Source: Methanoregula sp.
GTDB taxonomy: Archaea; Halobacteriota; Methanomicrobia; Methanomicrobiales; Methanospirillaceae
Direction: 5' to 3'
Length of the DNA: 64,000 nucleotides
Assembly (NCBI GenBank): GCA_039698055.1
Contig: JBDKTL010000017.1
Location: 22,521 to 86,520 of the forward strand
Shown: positions 29,036 through 40,075 of the stretch, piece after piece
How positions within the stretch are numbered: position 1 is the stretch's first letter
Layout: each line of letters starts with the position of its first letter
Translations under genes and position numbers: made by a program
The notes under the pieces: generated by a model
What the model was told of the DNA's origin: nothing
The model's input: the letters and a program-made list of their open reading frames with translations, nothing else
Database searches by the model: none

Positions 29036-29803
29036 ATGAAAACACTGGTCACGATGGGACGGGGGGGCACCGGCAAGACAAGTTTTGTCGCGATGATGAC
29101 GAAATTTTTTACTTCGCAGGGGGATGCCCCTCTCCTGCTCGTTGATGTCGACCCGGACCAGAACCTTGCCGAGATGGTCGGCGTGGACCTGGAACGGGAG
29201 GGCGTCAATACCATTGCGGAACTGGTCACCGAGACGTTCATCAAAAAAGGTGGGACAACGATGGGGATACCGCCGTCAAAACGGATCGAGTCCACCGTGC
29301 TTGAGCGGGGATTATACGAGGGCGACGCATTTGACCTGATTGCAGTTGGGACCAAGTGGATCGAGGGATGCTACTGCCTTCCGGATGCGGCGCTTAAAGG
29401 AGCCCTTGCCACGCTCACGAAAAATTACCGGTACGTGCTGATCGATTCCCCGGCCGGGCTCGAACACCTCAACCGTAAGATCACGAATCGTGTCGATGAT
29501 ATCTTTGATATCATGGGCCCATCGCACAAATCCTTTGACCACGTCAAGCGGGCGCACCGGATAACCCGCGAGGTCGGCATCGCGTACGACAATTTTTATG
29601 CGGTCGGCGGCTGCCTGTTTCCGGAAGAGCTGGAGCCGGTAGTGCAGGAAAAGACCGGGCAGCCGTATCTTGGAAAGATCAGTTTTGATCCTCAGGTGCA
29701 GGAAATGGTCATTGCCGGGCGATCCCTCCTTGACGGTCCGGATGATTCTCCTGCATACTGCTCGGTCAAAAACCTTCTTGTCCGGGCAGGATACCGGAAA
29801 TGA
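29036..29803 (+). CDS. CooC2/AcsF-type ATPase
   Basis: GRGGTGKT, EGCYC and DSPAGLEHLNR motifs. Confidence 0.85.
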   Translation: MKTLVTMGRGGTGKTSFVAMMTKFFTSQGDAPLLLVDVDPDQNLAEMVGVDLEREGVNTIAELVTETFIKKGGTTMGIPPSKRIESTVLERGLYEGDAFDLIAVGTKWIEGCYCLPDAALKGALATLTKNYRYVLIDSPAGLEHLNRKITNRVDDIFDIMGPSHKSFDHVKRAHRITREVGIAYDNFYAVGGCLFPEELEPVVQEKTGQPYLGKISFDPQVQEMVIAGRSLLDGPDDSPAYCSVKNLLVRAGYRK

Positions 29804-29897
29804 CCGGCCACTGCCGGGATAAACCGTGGGATTTAACAGGCATAAGGTAATGTTATAAAAGGATTTTGTACTACTAAGAACAGCATACTACATCAGG

Positions 29898-32267
29898 GTG
29901 CTTTTGAGTGTGGGTAACGTGACGGATAAGGGCATCAATCTCAGGATCAAAGAATTGCAGTCCGATATCGGATTTATCAAGGATCTGGAGATTTCAATCG
30001 GCAACATTTCCCGGGAAGACTGGGACGAGCCGCAGGGGCCGACGCCGTTTCCCACGATCACCTCCCTCCGGGAATGGGATAAACGCCTTCTCGCGCGATA
30101 CCAGCCGTTTTATCTTCCTTTCTGCGATCTCTGCTGCCTGTGCACCTACGGGAAATGCGATCTTACCGGGACAAAAAAAGGCGCATGCGGGATCCAGATG
30201 CCGGCACAGCAGTCCCGCATCGTGTTGCTGGCGGCATGTATCGGTGCCGCGACTCATATCAGCCATGCCCGCGAACTGGTCACGCACACGATTAAAGAGA
30301 AGGGTCGGGAGTTCCCCTTAAATCCCGGCGGTCTTGCCATTGAAGTGGAAGCCCCGGTCATCCGTCTCGTGTGCGGATTAAAACCGGAAAAACTGGGCGA
30401 TCTTGAACCCGTGCTCGAATATCTTGAGAGCCAGATCACCGTGCTGCTCTCTGCTGCCCATACCGGGCAGGAAGGCAATCACCTTGATTTTGAATCAAAA
30501 GTCCTGCATGCCGGGATGATGGACCAGGTCGGCATGGAAGTTGCCGATCTCGCCCAGATCTCCGCGTTTGATTATCCCAAAGCCGATCCTGACGCCCACC
30601 TTGTCGACCTTGGCATGGGCACCGTCGACACGACAAAACCGGTCATTCTGGTGATCGGGCACAACGTGCCGCCGGCGATTAGCATCGTCGATTACCTGAA
30701 CAGCAACCAGCTGAGCGAAAAGGTGGAAGTAACCGGTATCTGCTGCACCTCAATTGACATAACCCGGTACACGGCAAAAGCAAAAATCATCGGGCCGATG
30801 TCATGGCAGCTCCGCTATATCCGGAGCGGGATTCCGGATGTGATTGTTGTTGACGAGCAGTGCATCCGCACCGATGTGCTTGACGAGTCCGAACTCATTC
30901 ACGCGCCGTTTATCGCCACTTCAGAGAAGAACTGCCTCGGCCTGCCGGACCGCACTTACGATTCCATCGACACGATTGTCCGGGATCTGGTATCCGGGAA
31001 AACAAGGGGAGTGCTCCTGCTGAACCCCGATATGGTCGGTGAAGTGGCAGTCAGGGTTGCTCGGGAGATAGCACCGCTCCGGAAGAAACAAGGCCGGCTG
31101 CTCACACCGGAACAAATCATTGAGCGGGCAAAGGAATGCACCCAGTGCAAGCTCTGCCGCCGTGCCTGCCCCAACGATATCCATATCCCGGACTGCATGA
31201 AAGCCGCCGGCAAAGGGAGCCTTGCGATGCTTGCCGGCATTTATGATGACTGCGTCAGCTGTGCCCGGTGCGAAGAAGCCTGCCCGCAGGATATCCCGAT
31301 CCATACGATGATTGTATCCTCTGCGTCAAAAGCCACCAAAGATGAGACGTTCAGGATGCGGGCCGGGCGGGGCGCAATCCAGGATGTGGAGATCCGCAAA
31401 GTCGGCGGACCGCTCGTGCTGGGCGAGATCCCGGGTGTCGTCGCGTTTGTCGGCTGCGCAAATTATCCCAAAGGTGGAAAAGAAGTTGCTGAAATGGCCG
31501 TGGAGTTTGCCAAGCGCCGGTATATTGTCTGCACGTCGGGCTGCGCCGCGATGTCGGTTGGCATGTACAAGGACGAGGAGGGAAAAACGCCGTACGAGCA
31601 GTTCCCGGGGAGTTTTGACGCCGGCGGGATTGTCAATGTCGGCTCATGTGTTTCCAACGCACATATCGCCGGGGCGGCAATCAAGATTGCCAGTGTTTTT
31701 GCCAAGCGCAACCTGAGAGGCAATTACGAAGAGATTGCCGATTATGTGTACAACCGCGTTGGGGCAGTCGGGGTTGCATGGGGTGCGATGTCGCAGAAGG
31801 CGGCAGCGATTGCGAGTGGGTTCTGGCGATTAGGGATTCCCGTTGTTGTCGGACCGCATGGCACCAAATACAGGCGGATGCTGCTTGGGCGGGCTGACCA
31901 TGATGAGGACTGGTATGTGCATGACCGGCGTACCGGGGAACAGGTCTATGTCGGCCCGGTGCCGGAACATTTGTTCTTTGCGGCGGAAACAAAGGAGGAA
32001 GCGATGGTGATGGTGGCAAAACTCTGCATGCGGCCAAATGATACGAGCAAAGGCAGGGCAATCAAACTCACTCATTATATTGATCTCCACAAACGACAGT
32101 TTGGTACAATCCCCGACGATATCCCGCTCTACGTGCGCACGCTTACTGACGTTCCCATCACCATGAAAGAGGAGATTGTGAAAATCCTTGATTCCTGGGG
32201 CTGGAAAGAAAATACGATTCCCGATCCGACACTCCTTGCGCAACAGGTCAGAAAAAAGGAGCGGTGA
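29898..32267 (+). CDS. cdhA: ACDS/CODH alpha subunit
   Basis: CDLCCLCTYGKCDL, two CxxCxxCxxxCP ferredoxin motifs and VGSCVSNAH; start uncertain. Confidence 0.95.
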   Translation: MLLSVGNVTDKGINLRIKELQSDIGFIKDLEISIGNISREDWDEPQGPTPFPTITSLREWDKRLLARYQPFYLPFCDLCCLCTYGKCDLTGTKKGACGIQMPAQQSRIVLLAACIGAATHISHARELVTHTIKEKGREFPLNPGGLAIEVEAPVIRLVCGLKPEKLGDLEPVLEYLESQITVLLSAAHTGQEGNHLDFESKVLHAGMMDQVGMEVADLAQISAFDYPKADPDAHLVDLGMGTVDTTKPVILVIGHNVPPAISIVDYLNSNQLSEKVEVTGICCTSIDITRYTAKAKIIGPMSWQLRYIRSGIPDVIVVDEQCIRTDVLDESELIHAPFIATSEKNCLGLPDRTYDSIDTIVRDLVSGKTRGVLLLNPDMVGEVAVRVAREIAPLRKKQGRLLTPEQIIERAKECTQCKLCRRACPNDIHIPDCMKAAGKGSLAMLAGIYDDCVSCARCEEACPQDIPIHTMIVSSASKATKDETFRMRAGRGAIQDVEIRKVGGPLVLGEIPGVVAFVGCANYPKGGKEVAEMAVEFAKRRYIVCTSGCAAMSVGMYKDEEGKTPYEQFPGSFDAGGIVNVGSCVSNAHIAGAAIKIASVFAKRNLRGNYEEIADYVYNRVGAVGVAWGAMSQKAAAIASGFWRLGIPVVVGPHGTKYRRMLLGRADHDEDWYVHDRRTGEQVYVGPVPEHLFFAAETKEEAMVMVAKLCMRPNDTSKGRAIKLTHYIDLHKRQFGTIPDDIPLYVRTLTDVPITMKEEIVKILDSWGWKENTIPDPTLLAQQVRKKER

Positions 32268-32273
32268 TCCAAA

Positions 32274-32813
32274 ATGCCACTCACTGAACCATGGCAGACT
32301 GCAGAAGTATGCGGGCCAAAAAAAGCATCGGTCATCAGCAAACCCGAAGTCGCCGATGCGATGATCAAACGGGCAAAAAACCCGGTGCTGATCATCGGAC
32401 ATCTCGCTGCAGAGATTGACCTTGACGATAAGAAAATGATCGATTGCCTGCTGGAACTCGCGCGATCAGGCAATATCCCTATCATTGCCACCGGCCATAC
32501 AAACCGCGATCTCCTGAAAAGGGGGTATAAAAAGGCCACAATTATGCCGGCAGTTGCCATCGGGCAGCGGCTGACTGATCCCACGTGGAAAGGAATCGAT
32601 GGAAAAGAGCCCTATGACCTTGCCATCTTTGCCGGGCTCCCGTATTACATGGAGTGGACGATCTTATCCGGGCTCAAGCATTTCGCACCCCCTGTAAAGA
32701 CCATGACCCTTGACAATGTCTACCAGCCCAACGCAAGCTGGTCATTTGGCAATATTTCAGTCAAGGAATGGCTTGAGAACCTGCGGGCCATCATCGGGCA
32801 TGTGGAGGACTAA
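32274..32813 (+). CDS. cdhB: ACDS epsilon subunit
   Basis: EPWQTAE..GP, W.GIDGK..YDL and YQPNASWSF motifs. Confidence 0.92.
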   Translation: MPLTEPWQTAEVCGPKKASVISKPEVADAMIKRAKNPVLIIGHLAAEIDLDDKKMIDCLLELARSGNIPIIATGHTNRDLLKRGYKKATIMPAVAIGQRLTDPTWKGIDGKEPYDLAIFAGLPYYMEWTILSGLKHFAPPVKTMTLDNVYQPNASWSFGNISVKEWLENLRAIIGHVED

Positions 32814-32823
32814 AAGATCTGCC

Positions 32824-34209
32824 ATGTTTGAAAATATTCCCTGTGAAGTCGGGCTTGTGCATGTGGGGGAGCGCATCCGGAAAAATGACATGTATGTCGA
32901 GCTTGGCGGCCCGGAGATCAAAGAAAAATTTGAGCTGGTCAAAGTACGTCCGCCTGAACAGGTTCACGACGGGGAAATCATTATTGTCGGCCCGGATCTT
33001 GCGGACATGGACCCCGGTAAAAAATACCCTCTTGGTATCCTTATAGAAATTGCGGGAAAAGATCTTGAAGAGGATATTGAAGGGGTAATTGAACGCCGGA
33101 TCCATGAGTATACCAATTATATCGAAGGGTTCATGCACCTCAACCAGCGCTACGACATCTGGGTGAGAATCTCAAAAAAAGCATACAACCGGGGATTTAC
33201 GACTCTGAAATATGTCGGCATGGTGCTCGAGCACCTCCTGAAAAATGAGCTGCCGATCATCGAGCGGATGCAGATCACCTTCTATACCGATGCAGAGAAA
33301 ATTTCGCCGGTCTACGCAGAGGCAAAACAATCGTATGAAACCCGGGACGCCCGGGCACGCGGTCTGACGGATGATGACGTGGATGTATTCTACGGGTGCG
33401 CCCTGTGCCAGTCGTTTGCCCCCAGTCATGTCTGCGTGGTTACACCTCAGCGGTATGCAAACTGCGGGGCGATCAGCTGGTTTGACGGGCGGGCAGCTGC
33501 ACGGATTGATCCAAAAGGTCCCATCTTCCCGATTGAAAAAGGGGAATGCCTTGACCCGGTGAAAGGCGAATTTGTCGGCATCAACGAGAGCGCCAAAAAA
33601 CGTTCGCTTGGCGAAGTGAGCCGGGTATATCTTTACAGTGCGTTTACCTATCCCCATACGTCCTGCGGGTGTTTTGAAGGCATCGCGTTCTATATCCCTG
33701 AGGTGGAAGGTTTTGGCATTGTAATGCGGGGGTACCGGGAGAGTACGGTTAACGGACTGGCATTCTCGACGATGGCGGATTCCACTGCCGGGGGAAGGCA
33801 GGTTGACGGGTTTCATGGCATTTCGCTCGAATACATGCGGTCGCCAAAATTTTTGTCAGCCGATGGGGGGTATGCCCGGATCGCGTGGATGCCATCCGAC
33901 TTAAAAGAACAGGTAAAATCGTTCATCCCCCCGTCACTTGTCGATAAAATTGCGACGGAAAAAGAGGTGAAAACGGTCAGCGAGCTGCGTGATTTCCTGG
34001 CTAAAAATGCCCATCCGGTCATTGAACGGTGGAAAACGGAGGACGACACGACTGCCGGGGACCATGCCGGTGCAGTGCAGGTGTTTGCCGGTGGGGATTT
34101 CCCGCTGACAGCGGGGGGATTCAAGATCATATTCAAAAACGCACGGATTTATGCGGACAAGGTCATCATCCAGCCGGTCCAGCCAAAAAAACCGGGGGCG
34201 GGCGAGTAA
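32824..34209 (+). CDS. cdhC: ACDS beta subunit (acetyl-CoA synthase)
   Basis: GERIRK, CALCQSFAP and HTSCGCFE motifs. Confidence 0.95.
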   Translation: MFENIPCEVGLVHVGERIRKNDMYVELGGPEIKEKFELVKVRPPEQVHDGEIIIVGPDLADMDPGKKYPLGILIEIAGKDLEEDIEGVIERRIHEYTNYIEGFMHLNQRYDIWVRISKKAYNRGFTTLKYVGMVLEHLLKNELPIIERMQITFYTDAEKISPVYAEAKQSYETRDARARGLTDDDVDVFYGCALCQSFAPSHVCVVTPQRYANCGAISWFDGRAAARIDPKGPIFPIEKGECLDPVKGEFVGINESAKKRSLGEVSRVYLYSAFTYPHTSCGCFEGIAFYIPEVEGFGIVMRGYRESTVNGLAFSTMADSTAGGRQVDGFHGISLEYMRSPKFLSADGGYARIAWMPSDLKEQVKSFIPPSLVDKIATEKEVKTVSELRDFLAKNAHPVIERWKTEDDTTAGDHAGAVQVFAGGDFPLTAGGFKIIFKNARIYADKVIIQPVQPKKPGAGE

Positions 34210-34212
34210 TCC

Positions 34213-35439
34213 ATGGCAGACGAGAACAATAACCGGAAAGGTGCAGATGTCGCCCGGGAATCAATTCCCCGTCTTTTATCGCTGCTCTCCGGCGTTGAGA
34301 AAGTGGAACTTGAGCGGTTCACCATGGAGATTGGGGATCTCGAGCTCTGGATTCCCACCGGCTCGTCGCCGGTATCAGCCGTTTTGCCGGCGCTTGAAAA
34401 AATCAAACCCAGCTCGTTGATACCCGCACCGTTTTCCCTGCCGAAAGAAGAGTTCCCGGGCCGGATTCATGAAGTCCGGCTTGGAGCAACACGGGGCGAG
34501 GGGGGAAGCCGGGGAAGGTCACTGGTTATCGGGGGTGCGGATTCACCGCCATTTGTCTATGCGGACAAGCCACCCAAACACCCGCCGGTGTTTGCGCTCG
34601 ACGTGTTTGACATGGAAGTCGCACTCCCAAAAGTCCTGAAATCCAATGTAAAAGACGTGATGGGCGATCCGGCAGAATGGGCGCGGATGAATGTCAAAAA
34701 GTATGGTGCCGACATGGTCACCGTTCATCTCATGTCCACCGATCCTTTGATCAAGGATGCCTCCCCCCGGGATGCAGCACGCACGGTTGAAGCCGTTTTA
34801 CAGGCAGTTGATGTCCCGCTCATCATCGGGGGATGCGGCGATCCGCACAAGGACGCGCTGGTGTTTAAGGAAGTTGCAGAGATCGCCGACGGTGAGCGGC
34901 TGTTGCTGAATTCCGTGACGCTGGATATGACCGAGGCAAAGACCCTTGAAACCGTAACCGTAGCCGCAAAGGAGCATGGCCATGCGGTGCTCGGGTTCAC
35001 CGGCCTTGAACTGAACAAGGCAAAGGAGCTGAACCGGCGACTGTACGAATACCTGCCGCCGGAAGATATCGTCATGGATCTCACGACGGTTGCACTCGGC
35101 TATGGGCTTGAATATTCGTTTACCATCCATGAACGTGCCCGGTATGCGGCGCTCATGGGTGACCAGGAACTCCAGCACCCGACGATATCGGCGTCCACCA
35201 ATGCATGGGCGGCACGTGAAGCATGGATGCAGATGGACGAAAAGTACGGCCCACGGGAGCTCCGGGGACCCCTCTGGGAGACGATCAACGCACTTACGCT
35301 GCTGCTTGCCGGGGTGGATATTTTTATGATGATGCACCCTGCCGCCATCAGAACCTGCAAAGATACCGTTACGATGCTGACTCAAAGCGAGACTACGGTG
35401 CCAGACCAGCTGCTGCACTGGGCAACGATGAAGATCTAA
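34213..35439 (+). CDS. cdhD: ACDS delta subunit (small CFeSP)
   Basis: LGYGLEYS, NAWAAREAW, RGPLWE and MMMHP motifs. Confidence 0.95.
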   Translation: MADENNNRKGADVARESIPRLLSLLSGVEKVELERFTMEIGDLELWIPTGSSPVSAVLPALEKIKPSSLIPAPFSLPKEEFPGRIHEVRLGATRGEGGSRGRSLVIGGADSPPFVYADKPPKHPPVFALDVFDMEVALPKVLKSNVKDVMGDPAEWARMNVKKYGADMVTVHLMSTDPLIKDASPRDAARTVEAVLQAVDVPLIIGGCGDPHKDALVFKEVAEIADGERLLLNSVTLDMTEAKTLETVTVAAKEHGHAVLGFTGLELNKAKELNRRLYEYLPPEDIVMDLTTVALGYGLEYSFTIHERARYAALMGDQELQHPTISASTNAWAAREAWMQMDEKYGPRELRGPLWETINALTLLLAGVDIFMMMHPAAIRTCKDTVTMLTQSETTVPDQLLHWATMKI

Positions 35440-35455
35440 ACCAGGAGGAGCACAC

Positions 35456-36889
35456 ATGTCAGAACGGGAACCAAAAAAGAACATCAAGGAGATCAGCCCG
35501 ATCGATGTCTACAAACTCCTCCCCAAGACAAACTGCCGTGAATGCGGCGAGGCAAACTGCATGGCGTTTGCTACCCGGGTGGTGAACGGCGAACTGGGCG
35601 TGGACAACTGCCCGCCGGTGGCAAAAGAGGAATACCGGGCCAGTTACGAGAAACTGCTCCGGCTCATGGCGCCACCGGTTAAAACCGTGACTGTCGGCAC
35701 GGGCGATCGGGCGATGAAGATCGGGGGAAAATATGTTCTGTACCGCCACGAATTCACCTACCATAACCCGACCCCCATCGCACTGGATGTGTCTGATGAC
35801 CTGTCCGATGCCGAAAGGGACGAGCGGGTGCAGGCTATCGGGAATTTCGCTTACAATTATATCGGACGGGAACTCCGGCTGGATGCGATTGCCATCCGGT
35901 CGACCCAGCATGATCCGGCAACCTTTGCTTCTGCGGTAAATGCGGTTGCCGCACGGACAGATCTTCCGCTCATTCTCTGCACCTACGATGCAGCAATCAT
36001 GGCAGCAGGACTTGCCCATATCAAGGACAGGCGCCCCCTGTTGTATGCCGCCACAAAAGACAACTGGAAGGACATGGCCGAGCTTGCCCTGCGGTATTGC
36101 TGTCCGCTCGTCGTGTCGGCTCCCTATGATATCTCCGGGCTGCGCTCGCTGACAAAAACATTAAACGAATACGGGCTCACCGATCTCGTGCTCGACCCGG
36201 GGACGTCGGTCGAACCAGACCTTGCCGGAACAATCCACAATTTTTCCCAGATCCGCCGGGCGGTCTTCCAGCAGCACGACGAACTGCTGGGATACCCGCT
36301 GCTTGGGACACCCATTACTGCGTGGCTTTCCCCGGAACTTTCCCGCGAACTGATCCAGTGGAAGGAAGCCTGCATCACTTCGATGCTGATCTCACGGTAT
36401 GCCGATCTCCTGATCCTGCACAGCATGGAAGGGTGGGTGCTCCTGCCCCAGCTGATCTGGCGGTTTAACACCTACACCGACCCAAGGAAACCGGTCTCGG
36501 TCGATACCGGTGTCCGGACGTTTGGAACGCCTAATAAAAATGCCCCGGTCCTTATCACCACCAACTATGCGCTCACCTACTTCACGGTCGAAAGCGATAT
36601 CAAATCGGCAAATATCGACTGTTTCCTGATAGTCGTGGATACCGGGGGAAACAGCGTGGAGAGTGCGGTTGCCGGGCGGTACCTGACCGCCGATTCCATG
36701 GCGGCCGCATTAAAAGACAACCATGTTGCCGATCTTGTCGATCACCGCTGCCTCATCATCCCGGGGCTTGCCGCCCGTCTGAGTGGTGAGACCGAGGAAG
36801 CAAGTGGCTGGCGGGTGATGGTCGGCCCGAAGGATTCATCCGGCCTTGCCGGGTTCTTGAAAAATTACTGGCCGCCAAAAGAGCGATAA
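35456..36889 (+). CDS. cdhE: ACDS gamma subunit (large CFeSP)
   Basis: LPKTNCRECGEANCMAFA, YTDPRKP and TTNYALTY motifs. Confidence 0.95.
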   Translation: MSEREPKKNIKEISPIDVYKLLPKTNCRECGEANCMAFATRVVNGELGVDNCPPVAKEEYRASYEKLLRLMAPPVKTVTVGTGDRAMKIGGKYVLYRHEFTYHNPTPIALDVSDDLSDAERDERVQAIGNFAYNYIGRELRLDAIAIRSTQHDPATFASAVNAVAARTDLPLILCTYDAAIMAAGLAHIKDRRPLLYAATKDNWKDMAELALRYCCPLVVSAPYDISGLRSLTKTLNEYGLTDLVLDPGTSVEPDLAGTIHNFSQIRRAVFQQHDELLGYPLLGTPITAWLSPELSRELIQWKEACITSMLISRYADLLILHSMEGWVLLPQLIWRFNTYTDPRKPVSVDTGVRTFGTPNKNAPVLITTNYALTYFTVESDIKSANIDCFLIVVDTGGNSVESAVAGRYLTADSMAAALKDNHVADLVDHRCLIIPGLAARLSGETEEASGWRVMVGPKDSSGLAGFLKNYWPPKER

Positions 36890-36972
36890 GCCACCAACCC
36901 GATAAAAATCCCTGTAAATGATGCCGGAAGACTAAACCCCTTCAACGCTGCGGGGTATACGAGATATTTTCT

Positions 36973-38817
36973 ATGCCAAAACATTCCCTCCGGGTAATTT
37001 TCCAGCCCATGAACAAGGTGCTGACCGTACCGTCTGGCACCCCGCTTCTGGATGCACTCCGTACGGCAGGTGTTGCAATTGAAAGTGTCTGCGGCGGGAA
37101 AGGGCTGTGCCGCAAGTGCAGGGTTATTCTCACCAAAGGTACCTGTGCCTCCCTGCCCCAGATGGAAGCGTCGCACCTCACCCCGGAGGAAGTGGCACAG
37201 GGATACTATTGCGCCTGCCAGGTCACACTTACTGCCGACGCAGAATTCACGATTCCGATTGAAAGCCGGATCGATTCACCGCGGATCCTGCTCGCTGCGG
37301 ATATGAAGATCGAACCTATCTCTCCGTGTGTCCGCAGGTACCGTGTCGATATCCTGCCCACCGATGGATTACCGGGTGCGTCGTTCTCCATCCGGCTTGC
37401 AGGATATACCGGCGCACGACCACGAGTCCGGGATTCCCTGTACCGGACCTTTCATGTATCTGCTGAACCTCTCGTAGCGACGCTCTCATCGGTTCAGACG
37501 CCTCCCGAGATTATTGCCGTTGAACCCGTGTCTGCTGCCCGCCCGGTGTACGGTGTTGCCATCGATCTTGGGACAACAACGGTTGTCGGCTGCCTTGTGG
37601 ATCTTGATACCGGTATGATCCGGGAAACCGGATCGACGCTCAACCGCCAGATTACGTACGGAGAAGAACTGATCACCCGCATCGGCTATGCGGATTCCCC
37701 CGGCACACTGGCAACACTCCGCCAGGCAGCCATTGACAGTATCGATTCCGTTATTTCCGATATTATCACCCGCGCTGGCATCCAGAAAACCGATATTGTG
37801 GATATGTGCATTGCCGGGAACACCGTGATGCATCACCTGTTCTGGGGTATTGACCCGCATTACCTTGAGATGGCAAACGCCGATATCTCCCGAATCCCTT
37901 CAAATAAAAGCGCACAGGTTGCGGGTTTTCCCCTCCACCCGGATGCACGGGTGTACAGCCTCCCCAGTGTCAGCCGGTTTGTCGGTGGTGATGCGATTGG
38001 TGATATATTAGCCTCCGGCATGCACGCATCGCCGGAACTTTCTCTCCTTGTCGATCTTGGCACAAACGGCGAAATTATCCTTGGGAACCGGGACTGGATG
38101 GCGTCAGTTTCCTGTGCATCCGGGCCGGCGTTTGAAGGGGCGGGAATTACCTGCGGCATGCGGGCGAGCAGAGGTGCGATTGAACATGTCCGCATCGATC
38201 CATCAACATCAGAAGTGACACTTGCCATCATCGGGAGCGACCTGCCCCGGGGGATCTGCGGGTCCGGTATAATCGATGCCGGGGCGGGAATGGTTGCGGC
38301 GGGCATTCTTGATTTTGCCGGGAAACTGAACAGGGATCACCCCCATGTCCGTTTGGGGACAGAAGGCAGGGAATACCTGCTTGTCCCGGCAGACAGGACC
38401 GCAACCGGTCACGATCTGGTCATTACCCAGAGGGATATCGATTATCTTATGGACTCAAAAGCCGCTGCCTGCGGTGCTATCGGTGTCCTGTTAAAGAAAT
38501 ACAAACTCACGATTGCCGACATCCGTCATGTATACCTTGCCGGCGCATTCGGGGCATACACGGATATGGGAAATGCGGTCCGGTTCGGCATTATACCGGC
38601 GTTTCCCCACGCGGAATTCCATCCGATTGGTAACGGGTCACTCTCCGGCGCATATGCCACCCTTGTATCCTGCAATTATCGTACGGTTGCAGAAACCGTG
38701 GCACAGAAGATGGTCTATATCGATCTGCTGGTGGATACGGATTTTATCGAAGAGTATTCAGCGGCGCTGTATATCCCCGGAAAAAAGGAATTGTTCCCGG
38801 AGCCGGGGAAAATTTAG
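36973..38817 (+). CDS. ASKHA-type reductive activator of corrinoid proteins (RACo/AcsV, DUF4445)
   Basis: 2Fe-2S motif CGGKGLC.KC, plus DLGTTT, DLGTNGE and GPAFEG. Confidence 0.9.
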   Translation: MPKHSLRVIFQPMNKVLTVPSGTPLLDALRTAGVAIESVCGGKGLCRKCRVILTKGTCASLPQMEASHLTPEEVAQGYYCACQVTLTADAEFTIPIESRIDSPRILLAADMKIEPISPCVRRYRVDILPTDGLPGASFSIRLAGYTGARPRVRDSLYRTFHVSAEPLVATLSSVQTPPEIIAVEPVSAARPVYGVAIDLGTTTVVGCLVDLDTGMIRETGSTLNRQITYGEELITRIGYADSPGTLATLRQAAIDSIDSVISDIITRAGIQKTDIVDMCIAGNTVMHHLFWGIDPHYLEMANADISRIPSNKSAQVAGFPLHPDARVYSLPSVSRFVGGDAIGDILASGMHASPELSLLVDLGTNGEIILGNRDWMASVSCASGPAFEGAGITCGMRASRGAIEHVRIDPSTSEVTLAIIGSDLPRGICGSGIIDAGAGMVAAGILDFAGKLNRDHPHVRLGTEGREYLLVPADRTATGHDLVITQRDIDYLMDSKAAACGAIGVLLKKYKLTIADIRHVYLAGAFGAYTDMGNAVRFGIIPAFPHAEFHPIGNGSLSGAYATLVSCNYRTVAETVAQKMVYIDLLVDTDFIEEYSAALYIPGKKELFPEPGKI

Positions 38818-38939
38818 ATTTTTTAGATCCGGCCCTGAAGGAAACTCATGAGTTCTTCGTGAACAACGGTTGATTGTTTACTGTTTTTTTCCCTGAACAA
38901 TCGTGCATCTTCCACCCGTCCGGCAATTACATGTTTTAC

Positions 38940-39218
38940 CTATAACCTGTACCCCGGGATCGCATCGAAGAGGTTCCGGTACAGCTCGGTGAAAAGTGCA
39001 ATATATTCCCGGGCACGATCCGTAGCGACATACAAGAATTTTTCCCCGTCTTTTATCTGGGATAAATACCCTTTGGCGCAGAGAAACCCGATATAGTCCT
39101 GCCCGGTTTTTGAATTCAGATCGCACCGGTTGATGATGGACGTGAACGTTCGGGGTGGGTCTTTGCAAAAAACGAGTATCTCCCAGTATATCTCGTACTG
39201 GGTTCGTCGTTCCGCCAT
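38940..39218 (-). CDS. Winged-HTH transcriptional regulator
   Basis: RRTQYEIYWEIL...IINRCDLN...YVATDRA pattern typical of archaeal wHTH proteins. Confidence 0.85.
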   Translation of the reverse strand: MAERRTQYEIYWEILVFCKDPPRTFTSIINRCDLNSKTGQDYIGFLCAKGYLSQIKDGEKFLYVATDRAREYIALFTELYRNLFDAIPGYRL

Positions 39219-39220
39219 GG

Positions 39221-39877
39221 TTACTGCTCCATCGTCTCTTTGAGGGTCGTTTCATTTTCTGCGTTTTTTTCAAGGCGCCGGTCCCAGACCAGAGAATACT
39301 GGTGGAATCCGATGGAAATGGCGATGGTGACAGTCCCTATCGTCAGGTTGATCGCTGCATCGACAAATGGCAATGCAAAAACTATCCCGGTCCCTAAGGC
39401 AAAAACTGTTCTTGTCGTCCCTGACACCGATCCAAAAGACAATGCCCAGACAATATTTGCCAACCCGAGCGCGATAAAGACACAGCCTCCCAACCGGCAG
39501 ATCGTGATCATCCGCAGGAGGATCTTCTGGTTCTCCCGGTAATGCGCCAGCATCCGGACAATTCCGCTGGTGAGCATATCGTCGGGGACCGGTAGTGTCC
39601 GTTTCCGGAATTCCCTGCGGATTCCATTAATCCCCAAAAAAACCTTTGCACTGGAAAGAACCCACGATAACCCGAGCCCAAAGCCTGCCATGGCAATCGC
39701 CCCGGCAAGCACCCGGAGTCCCGGCATCGTCGGCTCCAATGGCAGTCCCATAACAGCCGAGATTACAAACTGTATTCCAAATGCCATTGCCAGTGCGCCA
39801 AATACCATGTTCAGGAGCACGAGCCAAAAGAAACTGTTCAATTCGTTTTTAAACTGTGAAATAGTGGTATCCGTCAT
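39221..39877 (-). CDS. Membrane protein (about 4 TM)
   Basis: Four hydrophobic segments; 2-bp gap to the wHTH gene. Confidence 0.75.
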   Translation of the reverse strand: MTDTTISQFKNELNSFFWLVLLNMVFGALAMAFGIQFVISAVMGLPLEPTMPGLRVLAGAIAMAGFGLGLSWVLSSAKVFLGINGIRREFRKRTLPVPDDMLTSGIVRMLAHYRENQKILLRMITICRLGGCVFIALGLANIVWALSFGSVSGTTRTVFALGTGIVFALPFVDAAINLTIGTVTIAISIGFHQYSLVWDRRLEKNAENETTLKETMEQ

Positions 39878-40075
39878 AAAAAATTTTCACTGGTCTCTAT
39901 GTATATTGCCGGTTTCTTAATAAAAACCATGAAACTAAGATACGTAGTCGGTATCTTTTGTTCCATAAGAGCCGTAAATGGGCCAGGCCCTGTTCCCGTT
40001 AACAAAAATAATCCGGCCCTCCCCATAAGGGCTGGGGATCAGAAAAAACCGGGTACATTCCCGGCAAAAAAATTC

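Noticed and set aside
28217-29803. CooC-like ATPases as the missing CfbC
   Set aside because: They have CooC CxC motifs and sit with cdh; they lack NifH signature motifs.
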